Assembly (NCBI GenBank): GCA_023659785.1
Contig: JAGXOR010000003.1
Span: forward strand, 1 to 34,045
Direction: 5' to 3'
Length of the DNA stretch: 34,045 bases
Source: Methanomicrobia archaeon LH_S13
GTDB taxonomy: Archaea > Halobacteriota > Syntropharchaeia > Alkanophagales > Methanospirareceae
Below the pieces are notes generated by a model that ran no database searches, had not been told where the DNA came from, and was given only the letters and a program-made list of their open reading frames with translations. Shown here in pieces: positions 8,451 to 18,059 of the stretch (the stretch's first letter is position 1; each line of letters opens with the position of its first letter). The translations under genes and the position numbers were made by a program.

Positions 8451-8970
8451 GTCTTATCACACTGTGCTTCTCGCGCATCTCCTTTGTTATAAAACCTATC
8501 CCGCATCTATTCCCAACTATCTCTATTGCTATTAGTTTATCAGGGTTCTTAAGGTTCACTTTTGGTTTCCTCCCGAGTATCTTCTCTACCAGGTCGTAAA
8601 AATATCCGCCAACTTCTCTTTCTACCTCCTGACTGGAGATATCTTCTTTCATTCCTCTTCTCTCAACCCAGAATCCGAAAGTATCCTCCGGCTCGATTTC
8701 GTCTATGTAACGCTCTATTCTCCTTTTTAGCATCTCTATCAGGTTCTCTGGGGATACAAAGAAAGCATCATCAATGGGTATTACCCTGTTTAAATGAAGA
8801 TATTTCTCGTTCTCTGCATCCTCTAAGAATTCCACTATATCTTCCACGCTTCCTATCAATACATCTCTAAAACCAGAACGCTCAAACTCGCCGTCCTCTT
8901 CCAATTCCTCCAATAACTCCCCCTCTATATTCTTATCTCCTATTACCAACACGTTCCAATTCTCCAACAT
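8431..8970 (-). CDS. THUMP domain RNA-binding protein
   Basis: TFGFWVERRG, SQEVEREVG, KVNLKNPDKLIAIEI. Confidence 0.85.
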   Translation of the reverse strand: MLENWNVLVIGDKNIEGELLEELEEDGEFERSGFRDVLIGSVEDIVEFLEDAENEKYLHLNRVIPIDDAFFVSPENLIEMLKRRIERYIDEIEPEDTFGFWVERRGMKEDISSQEVEREVGGYFYDLVEKILGRKPKVNLKNPDKLIAIEIVGNRCGIGFITKEMREKHSVIRLTYSPS

Positions 8971-9020
8971 TTTTACCTCACTCCTTATTCCTTATTGAGC
9001 ATATACAGACGCTTCATTCA

Positions 9021-10085
9021 CTACAATAACTCATACAGCGTATCTCTCCTTCTCGGCGTTCTCTCTGCATCCTTTATCAATCTCTCGAAGTCCTCTGGGT
9101 TCATATACTCACCAGCCAGGGAACCTGATAACCTTGAGATGCTCTCTTCCATCAGCGTCCCACCTAAATCGTTCACGCCAAAATGAAGCATCTCCCGCAC
9201 ATCCGTCACTCCCAACTTTACCCATGATGCCTGCACGTTCACACAATAAGGATGAAGAATAACTCTTGATAGCGCATGCACGGTTGCATTTTCCGAAAAA
9301 GAAAATTCTCTGTCCACCATTCGCCCCAATTCGTTGTTCTTTCGCATGAATTTCAGCGGCACGAACTCCGTAAATCCTCCCGTCTCCTTTTGTATCTCCC
9401 TTATTTTAAATATATGGTCTATCCTGTCCTCTAAGGATTCAATATGCCCATACATGATTGTAGCAGTTGATGGAATGCCCAACCGATGCGCAGTCTTTAT
9501 TATCTCCGCCCATTTATCCGTTTTTATCTTCTTAGGGCATATTACTTCTCTTATAGAATCATCGAGTATTTCTGCCGCCGTTCCCGGAATAGAACCCAGT
9601 CCTGCATTTTTTAATTCTTTCAGCACTTCTTCTTCGCTCATCCCGGAATTTCTTGCCACATGGTATATCTCCATCGGCGAAAAGGCATGTAGATGCACAT
9701 CAAAATTCGACTTTATGCTTTCAATAATTCCACAATAGTCTGCTATGGCGAGGTCAGGGTGCAGTCCACCTTGAATGCATATCTCCGTTGCCTCGTTATT
9801 CACCGCTTCTTCAATCTTACTCAAAACCGCATCCATACTCAACAAATACCCGCGTTCCTTCTCTTCTCGGAACGCACAAAACTTGCAGTTGCCTACACAA
9901 ACATTCGTGAAGTTTATGTTCCTGTTCACTACGTAAGTGACAACATCTCCTTTCTTCTTCTTACGCAGTTCATCCGCGAGGTGGAACAAATAAGAGGGGT
10001 TACTCGCTAAAAATATCGCATCTTCTCTTTCAATCTCACCCTTTCTTATCTTCTCGTATAACTCGTCAAATTCGTTTCTCATCAT
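9021..10085 (-). CDS. cofH: FO synthase subunit 2 (radical SAM, F420 biosynthesis)
   Basis: VTYVVNRNINFTNVCVGNCKFCAF, QGGLHP, PGTAAEIL, QASWVKLG, NDLGGTLMEESIS. Start taken at MMRNEF. Confidence 0.9.
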   Translation of the reverse strand: MMRNEFDELYEKIRKGEIEREDAIFLASNPSYLFHLADELRKKKKGDVVTYVVNRNINFTNVCVGNCKFCAFREEKERGYLLSMDAVLSKIEEAVNNEATEICIQGGLHPDLAIADYCGIIESIKSNFDVHLHAFSPMEIYHVARNSGMSEEEVLKELKNAGLGSIPGTAAEILDDSIREVICPKKIKTDKWAEIIKTAHRLGIPSTATIMYGHIESLEDRIDHIFKIREIQKETGGFTEFVPLKFMRKNNELGRMVDREFSFSENATVHALSRVILHPYCVNVQASWVKLGVTDVREMLHFGVNDLGGTLMEESISRLSGSLAGEYMNPEDFERLIKDAERTPRRRDTLYELL

Positions 10086-10225
10086 ACACTGGCAATGAGA
10101 CAGCGTCCTTCGTGAGGGGTAGGAATTACCCTCTTCACATCCCATATTATTTTTCGTGCTCCCTCTAATAACCACAGCTTATTACTATTTTCGCATTTTT
10201 CTTCCTACGCAGTTTGTGGTATCAG

Positions 10226-10260
10226 CTAACATCTAACATCTAACCTCTAATCCCTAATCT
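10226..10260 (+). repeat. Heptamer tandem repeat
   Basis: ctaacat ctaacat ctaacct ctaatcc ctaatct, overlapping the marker-2 stop codon. Confidence 0.7.
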
Positions 10261-11273
10261 CTGTGCTTTATCCCTGTTATTATCTCCTTATTAAGGTCAA
10301 ATACCGTTGCTGTCTCCGCTCCATTTGTTATCCTCAACTTCTTGCTGTTGTCTATCTCACCAATGATAGAAGCATCTATCCCTTCATCTCCGAATATTTC
10401 GATACATTCCGCTCCTTTCTCATCGTTCTCGACAGTGAGCACAAATCCTGTCCCGGGATACATCTTCAGCCAATGCTCAAAACCGATTGGCATTTTTTCC
10501 ACCTTCGGTCTCGGTATCTTCTCCAGCTCCACAATTGCTCCTACACCAGACGATTCAAGTAACATTCCAAGCGTGCCCAAAGTGCCGGGATTGCTTATGT
10601 CCTTCCCCGCAGTTGCTAACTTCTTCTCCCCTATCTCTACTATTGTATCCAACTGCCTTTTTATCTCGCCAGGTGACCTTTTTGTCGTGTTGTCCCAGGC
10701 TAAATTGTAGCTTGGGTATATTCTACCATCGAGGTCAATCCCTGCTAATACCTTGTCACCCGGTTTCGCACCGCTTGAAAATATGACACTATCCCTCTTT
10801 ACCTTCCCGATTATTCCAACATCCAGTGCATCATAAGCAGTGTCAGGATGTAAATGTCCGCCTACCATCGGCACACCGAATCTTTTCACGCCTTCCCCTA
10901 TTCCTCTTCCCAGTTCTGCACATATATCCTTCTTCTGTGTTGACATCAGATTCACCATAGCCAGGGGTGTGCCCCCCATTGCGGCTATGTCATTCACATT
11001 TACAAGCACGGAGCAATATCCCGCCCACCAGGGGTCGGCACTCAACAACTTACCCCAAATACCGTCCACAGCAAGCAAAATGAAATTATCACCGTCAATT
11101 TTAAGCACTGCAGCATCCTCTCCGAACCCCTCTATCGTTCTACTTCCTACTCGGTCTGAATCACCAAGCCTTTTTACAAGGTCACTTATTGCTCTTTTTC
11201 GCTTCACTCCCTCAAAGTTTCTCAGACCTTCTACCAATGATTCCAGCCCTTCCCCTTCTTTTGCGCTCTCCAT
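10254..11273 (-). CDS. Methanogenesis marker protein 2 (AIR synthase/SelD-like)
   Basis: LRNFEGVKRK, FGEDAAV, DPWWAGYCSVLVNVNDIAAMGG, VGGHLHPD, KDISNPG. Confidence 0.88.
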   Translation of the reverse strand: MESAKEGEGLESLVEGLRNFEGVKRKRAISDLVKRLGDSDRVGSRTIEGFGEDAAVLKIDGDNFILLAVDGIWGKLLSADPWWAGYCSVLVNVNDIAAMGGTPLAMVNLMSTQKKDICAELGRGIGEGVKRFGVPMVGGHLHPDTAYDALDVGIIGKVKRDSVIFSSGAKPGDKVLAGIDLDGRIYPSYNLAWDNTTKRSPGEIKRQLDTIVEIGEKKLATAGKDISNPGTLGTLGMLLESSGVGAIVELEKIPRPKVEKMPIGFEHWLKMYPGTGFVLTVENDEKGAECIEIFGDEGIDASIIGEIDNSKKLRITNGAETATVFDLNKEIITGIKHRD

Positions 11274-11283
11274 TTTTATCCTC

Positions 11284-12138
11284 TCATCTAATCTCTTCTA
11301 TTATTCCCTTTACTTCCTCTATATCTTTTATCCTGAAATCCGCAACCTCAAAAATCCTCCTCTGTCTGTCTGCTTCTTCTTGCAGCGACAACACCGTGAT
11401 ATCCGCCTCCCGCATCGCAAGATAATCATTCCTGTCGTCCCCCACCATTATCACCTTATGCTCTTCCTTCAACTTCTTTACCAAATCCCTCTTATCCTCT
11501 GGTTTCATCATTCCAAAAATATTGTCCGCTGGTATGTCAGGTAAATATGTCTCCATTTCCTCTCCTTCTATCCTATCCCCGGATGCGACAAAAACCAGGA
11601 TGCCCATCTCACGTAATTCTTTTAGCAGTTTTAGCGTTCCAGGGAAAAAACGTATACCCCCAGCAATCACGTATTTTATCACTCCTCCTGCCACATCCAT
11701 AATCAAACCCACCCCTACCACTGGAAGGATATCGCACCTCCTTAAAAGTGACATCGTTTCATACACGTCCTTCAATTTAACGTTTTTATCCTTCCAAATT
11801 GCTTCCATTACTTCATTGTCACTAATCCCTTTTTTCTTATAAACCACCTTATTTTCTATTCTTTTCTTGCGCATCAACTCAGATAGAATTTCGTAAGGTT
11901 CTTCTTTCTCCAGCGTTTCTTCATATCTTGTCTTTAAAATTGTCATCGCACCCCTTTCAAGCCTGTCCGTACAGGTCGTTCCTGCAACTCTGCTCCGTTT
12001 TGTCACGCCTCTTTCCATATTTTTTATAATCCTGAAAGGTGCGTATAAAACGCCGGCACCGTCAAAAACAACCGCTACCTCAGACATTCTAATTCTCTCT
12101 CCCATTCCCATCCTATAACTCCTACTTTTCTCAGCCAT
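11284..12138 (-). CDS. HAD-superfamily hydrolase (soluble P-type ATPase-like)
   Basis: VVFDGAG, ASGDR, PEDK, MVGDDRNDYLAMREAD motifs. Confidence 0.8.
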   Translation of the reverse strand: MAEKSRSYRMGMGERIRMSEVAVVFDGAGVLYAPFRIIKNMERGVTKRSRVAGTTCTDRLERGAMTILKTRYEETLEKEEPYEILSELMRKKRIENKVVYKKKGISDNEVMEAIWKDKNVKLKDVYETMSLLRRCDILPVVGVGLIMDVAGGVIKYVIAGGIRFFPGTLKLLKELREMGILVFVASGDRIEGEEMETYLPDIPADNIFGMMKPEDKRDLVKKLKEEHKVIMVGDDRNDYLAMREADITVLSLQEEADRQRRIFEVADFRIKDIEEVKGIIEEIR

Positions 12139-12238
12139 AAAACCTTTCTTTAAAAAAGAAAGATAACTTTACCAAAGAAACAACTATTTTTTGATAAAAC
12201 TTTCTTCTAAAAAGTTTTAATAGAAAGGTGATAATAAA

Positions 12239-14344
12239 ATGATGCAGGACCTGATAACAGAGAGGTGGGAGGACTTTCTGAAGCGGTATTGTTGGAACGG
12301 GCTTATAGATATGTCAAATTCTTATCCGGAAAAGCGTAGTTTGTTTGTCAAATTCTCTGATATGGACATATATGACCCGAATCTTGCAGATATGCTTTTA
12401 GAAGACCCTGATGTGGCAATTGCTTCTGCAACACATGCTTTAAGGGAGATGGATATTCCCACGGGTGTTACACTTGATGAAGCTAATCTTCGTATAATTA
12501 AGCTTCCGAGAAAGGTGAAGATACGGGATATCCGAAGCAACGACATAGGTAAGCTGGTGAGTATAGAGGGGCTGATAACAAAGGCGACCGAGGTGAGACC
12601 GAGAGTAGTGGAAGCGGTATTTGAATGCCCTTTTTGCGGGCATATCTTTTCGCTAGAGCAGAGTGGAAGGCAATTCAAAGAGCCGAGGGAGTGCGAGCGC
12701 GAGAGTGGTGGCTGTGGTAGAAAGATACAGCATTTTAAGTTATTGGTGGATAAGTGCAAATTCGCAAATGCGCAAAAGATAAAGTTACAGGAGTCGCCTG
12801 AGGAATTAAGAGGCGGAGAATTACCACAAGCGATAGATGTCAATCTGGAAGACGACATTTCAGGTGAGGTCTCTCCCGGCGACCGGGTAATTGTTACCGG
12901 TATTATCAGGTCATATCAGAGGACGACACAATTTGGGAAGACGCCTTTCTTCGATATATACTTAGATGGCAATTCGTTGGAAATAAAGGAGGAGGAGTTT
13001 GAAGAGATAGAGATAACAGAGGAGGATGAGCGAGAAATAATGGAACTCAAGGATCAGCCGGACGTGTATGAGAAGCTTATAAAAAGCATCGCTCCCTCTA
13101 TCTATGGCTATGAAGAGATAAAAGAAGCGATGATTCTCCAATTGTTCGCAGGCATTCCAAAAGAGTTGCCGGACGAGACGCGAGTGAGAGGCGACATACA
13201 CTTGCTTCTCGTTGGAGATCCGGGAGTCGCAAAGAGTCAACTACTCACCTACTTAGTGAAGTTAGCACCTCGTGGTTTATACACAGGAGGTAAGAGCAGC
13301 ACTTCTGCGGGGCTTACTGCTGCCGCTGTTAAAGACGAGTTTGGGGAAGGGCGCTGGACTTTAGAAGCTGGTGCATTAGTGCTTGCGGACAAAGGAATAG
13401 CAGCGGTGGATGAGATAGACAAGATGGAGAAAAAGGACCGTGAGGCGCTACATGAGGCGATGGAACAGCAAACGGTGAGTATAGCGAAGGCTGGGGTAAT
13501 GGCAAGGTTAAACTCAAGGTGTGCCTTGTTAGCAGCTGCGAATCCCAAATACGGGCGTTTTGATAAATACACGCCGATTGCGGAGCAGATAAATATGCCT
13601 CCTACACTGATGTCAAGATTCGATCTTATTTTTACCATGATGGACCGACCGAATGAAGAGAGGGACACGAAGACTGCAGAACATATATTAGAGACGCATT
13701 ACGCTGGTGAACTTCTTGCAAGGTCTGAGAACATAGGTAAAGTGGACAAGGGGGAAAAAGAGCATTTCGGGGAGGCGATGCAAATAATGGAGCCGGAAGT
13801 AGCAGGGGGATTATTTAGAAAATACGTTGCATGGAGCAAAAGAAATGTATTTCCTGTGATGACTGAAGAAGCGAAAAACAAGTTCATGGATTTTTATATC
13901 GGGCTTCGCAGACAAGGGTATGAGGATGAAGATGCGCCAGTTCCTGTGACAGCACGGCAGTTAGAAGCGTTGATCAGGCTGGGCGAGGCGAGGGCTCGGA
14001 CCAGGCTGAGTGATAAAATAACGGCTGAAGATGCTGAACGTGTAATTAACGTGGTTACATACTGCTTGAAACGTGTTTTTGTTGACCCCGAAACCGGTAA
14101 GCTGGATACCGATTGGATAACCGTTGGCACGACTAAAACACGGAGGGACCGAGCAAGGTCCGTAAGGGAGATAATAAAGGAGTTGGAGAAGGAATACGGC
14201 GATGAAGTTCCGATAGAAGAGGTGCTTGACCTTGCGGAGGAGGAGGGGATGGAAAGAGAAAAGGCTGAGGAGATAATAGAGGTGATGAAGCGGGATGGGA
14301 TATTGTTTGCACCGGGAAGTGGCGTGATTAAGTTCGTGAGGTAA
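12239..14344 (+). CDS. mcm: Replicative helicase MCM
   Basis: Zn finger CPFC..C....C, Walker A GDPGVAKS, VDEIDKM, SRFD, TARQLE; no intein. Confidence 0.97.
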   Translation: MMQDLITERWEDFLKRYCWNGLIDMSNSYPEKRSLFVKFSDMDIYDPNLADMLLEDPDVAIASATHALREMDIPTGVTLDEANLRIIKLPRKVKIRDIRSNDIGKLVSIEGLITKATEVRPRVVEAVFECPFCGHIFSLEQSGRQFKEPRECERESGGCGRKIQHFKLLVDKCKFANAQKIKLQESPEELRGGELPQAIDVNLEDDISGEVSPGDRVIVTGIIRSYQRTTQFGKTPFFDIYLDGNSLEIKEEEFEEIEITEEDEREIMELKDQPDVYEKLIKSIAPSIYGYEEIKEAMILQLFAGIPKELPDETRVRGDIHLLLVGDPGVAKSQLLTYLVKLAPRGLYTGGKSSTSAGLTAAAVKDEFGEGRWTLEAGALVLADKGIAAVDEIDKMEKKDREALHEAMEQQTVSIAKAGVMARLNSRCALLAAANPKYGRFDKYTPIAEQINMPPTLMSRFDLIFTMMDRPNEERDTKTAEHILETHYAGELLARSENIGKVDKGEKEHFGEAMQIMEPEVAGGLFRKYVAWSKRNVFPVMTEEAKNKFMDFYIGLRRQGYEDEDAPVPVTARQLEALIRLGEARARTRLSDKITAEDAERVINVVTYCLKRVFVDPETGKLDTDWITVGTTKTRRDRARSVREIIKELEKEYGDEVPIEEVLDLAEEEGMEREKAEEIIEVMKRDGILFAPGSGVIKFVR

Positions 14345-14463
14345 GTTATAAAACCACGAGATTTTACGAGATTTACACAGAAGAGAGAAAATGAAAATAG
14401 GCATATTAGGGCCCGCAGCAGAGTTGTGGCTCTTCCAAGTTCTTTAAGAATATCTTCTACGAA

Positions 14464-15249
14464 ATGGAAGTTAAAAAAATCCTTATGGAGCGAGGCGTAA
14501 GAGCTGCGAGAAGTCATGGTCAGTATTTTTTGAGTGATGACCGTGTGGCAGCGAGAATGGTGGAATATGCAGGTGTAGAGAGCGGTGATGTGGTGCTGGA
14601 AATAGGTGCAGGACTGGGAAGCGTCACCGAGAAATTGGTAAGCAAAGCGAAGAAAGTTTATGCTGTGGAAAAGGACAAAGAACTCTGTGAGATATTAAGG
14701 GAGCAATATGGGAATAAAGAAAGCAAAATAGAGGTGATAGAAAGCGACATTATGAAAATAGAACTACCGGAATTTGATAAAGTCATTGCGAGCATACCCT
14801 TTTCTTTGTCATCGCCAATCACTTATAAATTGCTGCTTCATAATGCTGGCTTCGGGCTTGCTGTGCTGTTATATCAGAAAGAGTTTGCGCAGAAATTGGT
14901 TGCAAAACCCAAGTCGAATTTGTATGGGCGTTTATCAGTTATCGTGCAGGCACTTGTAGACGTTGAAATTGTTGAGTTCGTTCATCGAGATGCTTTTTAT
15001 CCATCGCCAAATATTAAAGCAGCGGTAGTGAGGTTGAAGGAGAAGGAGAAGGAGAAAGAGAAAAGAATAGTAGAGGAGAAAAAGGAGTTTTTTGAGTTCG
15101 TTACTACGGCGTTCGGGCACAGGAGAAAGAAGATGAGGAATATATTTAAAACAAAACTTCCGGAAAGCTCGGCACTTGAGGAATTGGATAGGAGACCGGA
15201 GGAGTTGAGCCCCGAGAAATTTGTAAAAGTGAAACAATACGATTACTAA
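14464..15249 (+). CDS. rsmA: 16S rRNA adenine dimethyltransferase
   Basis: GQYFL, LEIGAGLG, IASIPF, QKEFA, YGRLSV, FGHRRKKMRN. Confidence 0.93.
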   Translation: MEVKKILMERGVRAARSHGQYFLSDDRVAARMVEYAGVESGDVVLEIGAGLGSVTEKLVSKAKKVYAVEKDKELCEILREQYGNKESKIEVIESDIMKIELPEFDKVIASIPFSLSSPITYKLLLHNAGFGLAVLLYQKEFAQKLVAKPKSNLYGRLSVIVQALVDVEIVEFVHRDAFYPSPNIKAAVVRLKEKEKEKEKRIVEEKKEFFEFVTTAFGHRRKKMRNIFKTKLPESSALEELDRRPEELSPEKFVKVKQYDY

Positions 15250-15284
15250 AATTATGCAATTACTGACAAGAAGTGCAGAATAAT

Positions 15285-16082
15285 ATGGCAAAAGAAAAGG
15301 AGAAAATTCTGATAGTGCTTACGCCTTCGGAATCAAAACGGGTGATTGCAAAGGGTGTGAAGAACTTAGAAGAAGTGCAGCGAGCGTTGAAACAGGGCAC
15401 TATCATAATAGGGCTGGGTACTACAAATGCTTATGTAGCCGATGAGATTTTGAGTGAGTTGTCTGGAGCGAATACGATAGATAAGCAGAGATACGCTGCT
15501 GGTGTCATAACGGACAAGGGCACTTGCGTTGTCACGAAAGAAGAGAGGGTAAGGGAAGTAATAATAAAAAATGGCGTGGTAAGCAGCGACGAGAGCATAG
15601 CAGACGCGATAGAGGAGTTATCTGTGGAAGACGTGTTCATAAAAGGTGCAAATGCGTTGGATGCAACCGGAAATGCAGGCATACTCCTGGCACATACCGC
15701 CGGTGGCACGATAGGTTCAGCGATTGGAACCGTGAGGGCAAGAGGCGTGAATTTTATCATTCCCGTGGGTATTGAGAAAATGATACCTTATTCCATTACA
15801 GAGGCTGCGAAACGAGTAGGGAAGGAGAGATTCTACAAATCGGTGGGTATGCCAGTAGGGTTGATGCCCGTGCATGGAAAGATAATTACCGAGATAGAGG
15901 CACTGAGAATATTAGGAGCTGAGGATGCCTTCCCCATAAGTGCAGGCGGTGTGGCTCGAGGAGAGGGTTCTGTTGTTATATGCGCTGAAGGTAGTACGGA
16001 GAAGATGGACGAATTGATGACACTTATATCGCAAATAAAAGGAGAAGTGCAGGTAAAAGTGATGAGTGTAGAGTGCGGGTAA
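15285..16082 (+). CDS. Conserved hypothetical protein (possible NagB/RpiA/CoA-transferase-like fold)
   Basis: Long ORF with host-like codon usage; LTPSESKRVIAKG, GTTNAYVA, FIKGANALD, GGTIG. Fold assignment is tentative. Confidence 0.7.
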   Translation: MAKEKEKILIVLTPSESKRVIAKGVKNLEEVQRALKQGTIIIGLGTTNAYVADEILSELSGANTIDKQRYAAGVITDKGTCVVTKEERVREVIIKNGVVSSDESIADAIEELSVEDVFIKGANALDATGNAGILLAHTAGGTIGSAIGTVRARGVNFIIPVGIEKMIPYSITEAAKRVGKERFYKSVGMPVGLMPVHGKIITEIEALRILGAEDAFPISAGGVARGEGSVVICAEGSTEKMDELMTLISQIKGEVQVKVMSVECG

Positions 16083-16201
16083 TCGGTAAGGGAGCCAAGA
16101 TTCATGATGCAGGATACAGAATACAAGTTTAGGGATTCCTCTTGTTTTACTTGCATCTCCAATTATAAAACTTTTTATATATAGAAGGTGAAGAATAAAA
16201 C

Positions 16202-16852
16202 ATGGCGGAAAGAAGAAGAAGACCCTCAATATTTGATTTGATGGAGAAGTATATGGAGCGGATGTTTGAAGATGCGAGAGGAGTGCGAGTACCATTCGAG
16301 GAGGAGTTCTCAAGAAGGCTGAGAAGAGAGCCGGAGGATAGAGAGGAGTGGTTAAGAGACCCGTTTGAGGATATAACGAGGAGATTAGAAGAGGAATTGC
16401 CAGAAGAGTACAAGGATTTTGTAACGGAAGAGGAGACGGCGGAGGGAAAAGGAAGGAGACACGGTCCTTTCATTTACGGGTTCTCCTATACAAAGGAGCC
16501 GGAAAAGGAGCCGGAGATAAAAGAGTTCGGAAATATAAAACCTTCGTACAGAAGAATAGAGCCTGCTCCAGGAGGCGAACGTGAGCCTTTGATAGATGTG
16601 ATGGAGCAGAAGGATTCGTACGAAGTCGTAGCGGAATTGCCAGGTGTCGAGAAGCGCGATATAAAATTGCATACAACCGAAGACTCACTGGAAATAAGAA
16701 CGGGAAACGAGAAAAAGTACTTCAAGGAAATACCCTTTGACATGCCTGTAAAGTCCGAAACTGCAAAGGCGACTTATAAAAACGGCGTGCTCAGCGTAAA
16801 GATAGCAAAGAAAGAAGACGAGAAGAAGAAGACTACTATAACATTGGATTGA
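16202..16852 (+). CDS. Small heat-shock protein Hsp20
   Basis: GPFIYGFS, EFGN, REPLIDV, AELPGVEK, ATYKNGVL; TTTTTATATATA box at ~16172 and GGTGA RBS upstream. Confidence 0.93.
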   Translation: MAERRRRPSIFDLMEKYMERMFEDARGVRVPFEEEFSRRLRREPEDREEWLRDPFEDITRRLEEELPEEYKDFVTEEETAEGKGRRHGPFIYGFSYTKEPEKEPEIKEFGNIKPSYRRIEPAPGGEREPLIDVMEQKDSYEVVAELPGVEKRDIKLHTTEDSLEIRTGNEKKYFKEIPFDMPVKSETAKATYKNGVLSVKIAKKEDEKKKTTITLD

Positions 16853-16862
16853 GCGAAAGGAA

Positions 16863-17181
16863 GGATTCGCAAATAAGTGGATTTAAGTCCACCTAAGTGG
16901 TCATTACCCAGAGCTTCTCAGTGCCACCTTTTCCCGCAGCTTCTCTCTTACTTCGCTCACCACGAGTTCGGCGACATCTGATGCATTTCGTTCATCGACC
17001 TCTATTTTCATCGGTCTCTTTATTTGTTTATTTACTTCTGTTACTATATAAAGGTCAATGATAATCAATCAGGATTTGGGAATGGACGTGCACACAGCAT
17101 CGGCATTAGTATTGGGGTTGCGGTATTTGCATACACCTAAAACCCCCATAAAACTATGAAAAAGGTAGCTGCTACGATAGG
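16863..17181 (+). mobile_element. ~315-bp non-autonomous element, copy 1 (IS607-like)
   Basis: Highly similar to 20895-21209; GG at both ends (right end placed by alignment to copy 2); three TAAG motifs at 10-bp spacing near the left end; TnpB-related tail LGMDVHTASALVLGLR. Confidence 0.7.
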
Positions 17182-17222
17182 CGACACGCTTCAAGGCTTC
17201 CAGCATTTTGAGAGGGAAGGTA

Positions 17223-17987
17223 ATGAAAGACATTACAAAAAATAAAATGACATGGAAAGACGAGAAAGAGGAACTCGGAAAAGAGATAACTTGTTTGTTA
17301 TACGAAAAAGGGCTGATAAAAACATGGTATCGTGATAATCCCGGTGGTTGGACGCTCGTTTCTGGCTTATGGAGTCCCTTCTACATCCAATTGAGACCTC
17401 TCTCTTCTTATCATGAACTGCTCAGAAAAGTGGGCTATGCTCTTGGAAAAATAATCAAAGAGGAATGCAAAGATGTAAATAAAGTGGTGGGTGTCGCAAT
17501 GACGGGAACACCTATCGCCAGTGCAATAGCAATACTGGTGGGCATACCATCGCTCTGGACGAGAAAAGTAGATGTCAGGTCTTCGGACGAATTCGAGAAG
17601 TACATTCAGAGTTATGGTGAGCATACGCTGGTAGAGGGCGAGTTTGAAACGGGCGACCGGATAGCGGTTATTGACGACCTGGCGACTAAATTCGATTCCA
17701 AACTCGTTGCAATTGAGCAAATGAACTACGAAGCGAAGAAGAGAGGTTTAAAAGTTGAATGTAAGGATGTGGTTGTTTTACTCGACCGTGAGCAGGGAGC
17801 GGCTGAAGTTGCCGCTCAGCATGGCATTTCGTTTTATTCTCTCATCCCCTTTAAGTCGAAAGGGATAGAATGGCTGAAAAGCAAAGTATCAAAAATCGAA
17901 TATGAAGTCATCAGCGGATATTTACAGGATGAGACGAAATATCAGGATGCTGAGGTTCAGAAGGAGTTATATGAGATTGTTTTTTGA
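17223..17987 (+). CDS. Orotate phosphoribosyltransferase-like protein (divergent type I PRTase)
   Basis: TLVSGLWSPFYIQLR, YGEHTLVEG, IAVIDDLAT, VVLLDREQG. Confidence 0.75.
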   Translation: MKDITKNKMTWKDEKEELGKEITCLLYEKGLIKTWYRDNPGGWTLVSGLWSPFYIQLRPLSSYHELLRKVGYALGKIIKEECKDVNKVVGVAMTGTPIASAIAILVGIPSLWTRKVDVRSSDEFEKYIQSYGEHTLVEGEFETGDRIAVIDDLATKFDSKLVAIEQMNYEAKKRGLKVECKDVVVLLDREQGAAEVAAQHGISFYSLIPFKSKGIEWLKSKVSKIEYEVISGYLQDETKYQDAEVQKELYEIVF

Positions 17988-18059
17988 GGTAATTATTTTT
18001 ATCCAATAATTATTTGATTTATTATTGCGAAATTTATGATGTTAGACTAAATAAAGAGA

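Noticed and set aside
10086-10175. Cys-containing N-terminal extension of cofH
   Set aside because: No homology signal and a non-ATG start; MMRNEF at 10085 gives a normal CofH length.
12239-14344. Inteins in MCM (and in PolB at 27860-30430)
   Set aside because: Lengths are normal and the conserved motifs are uninterrupted.
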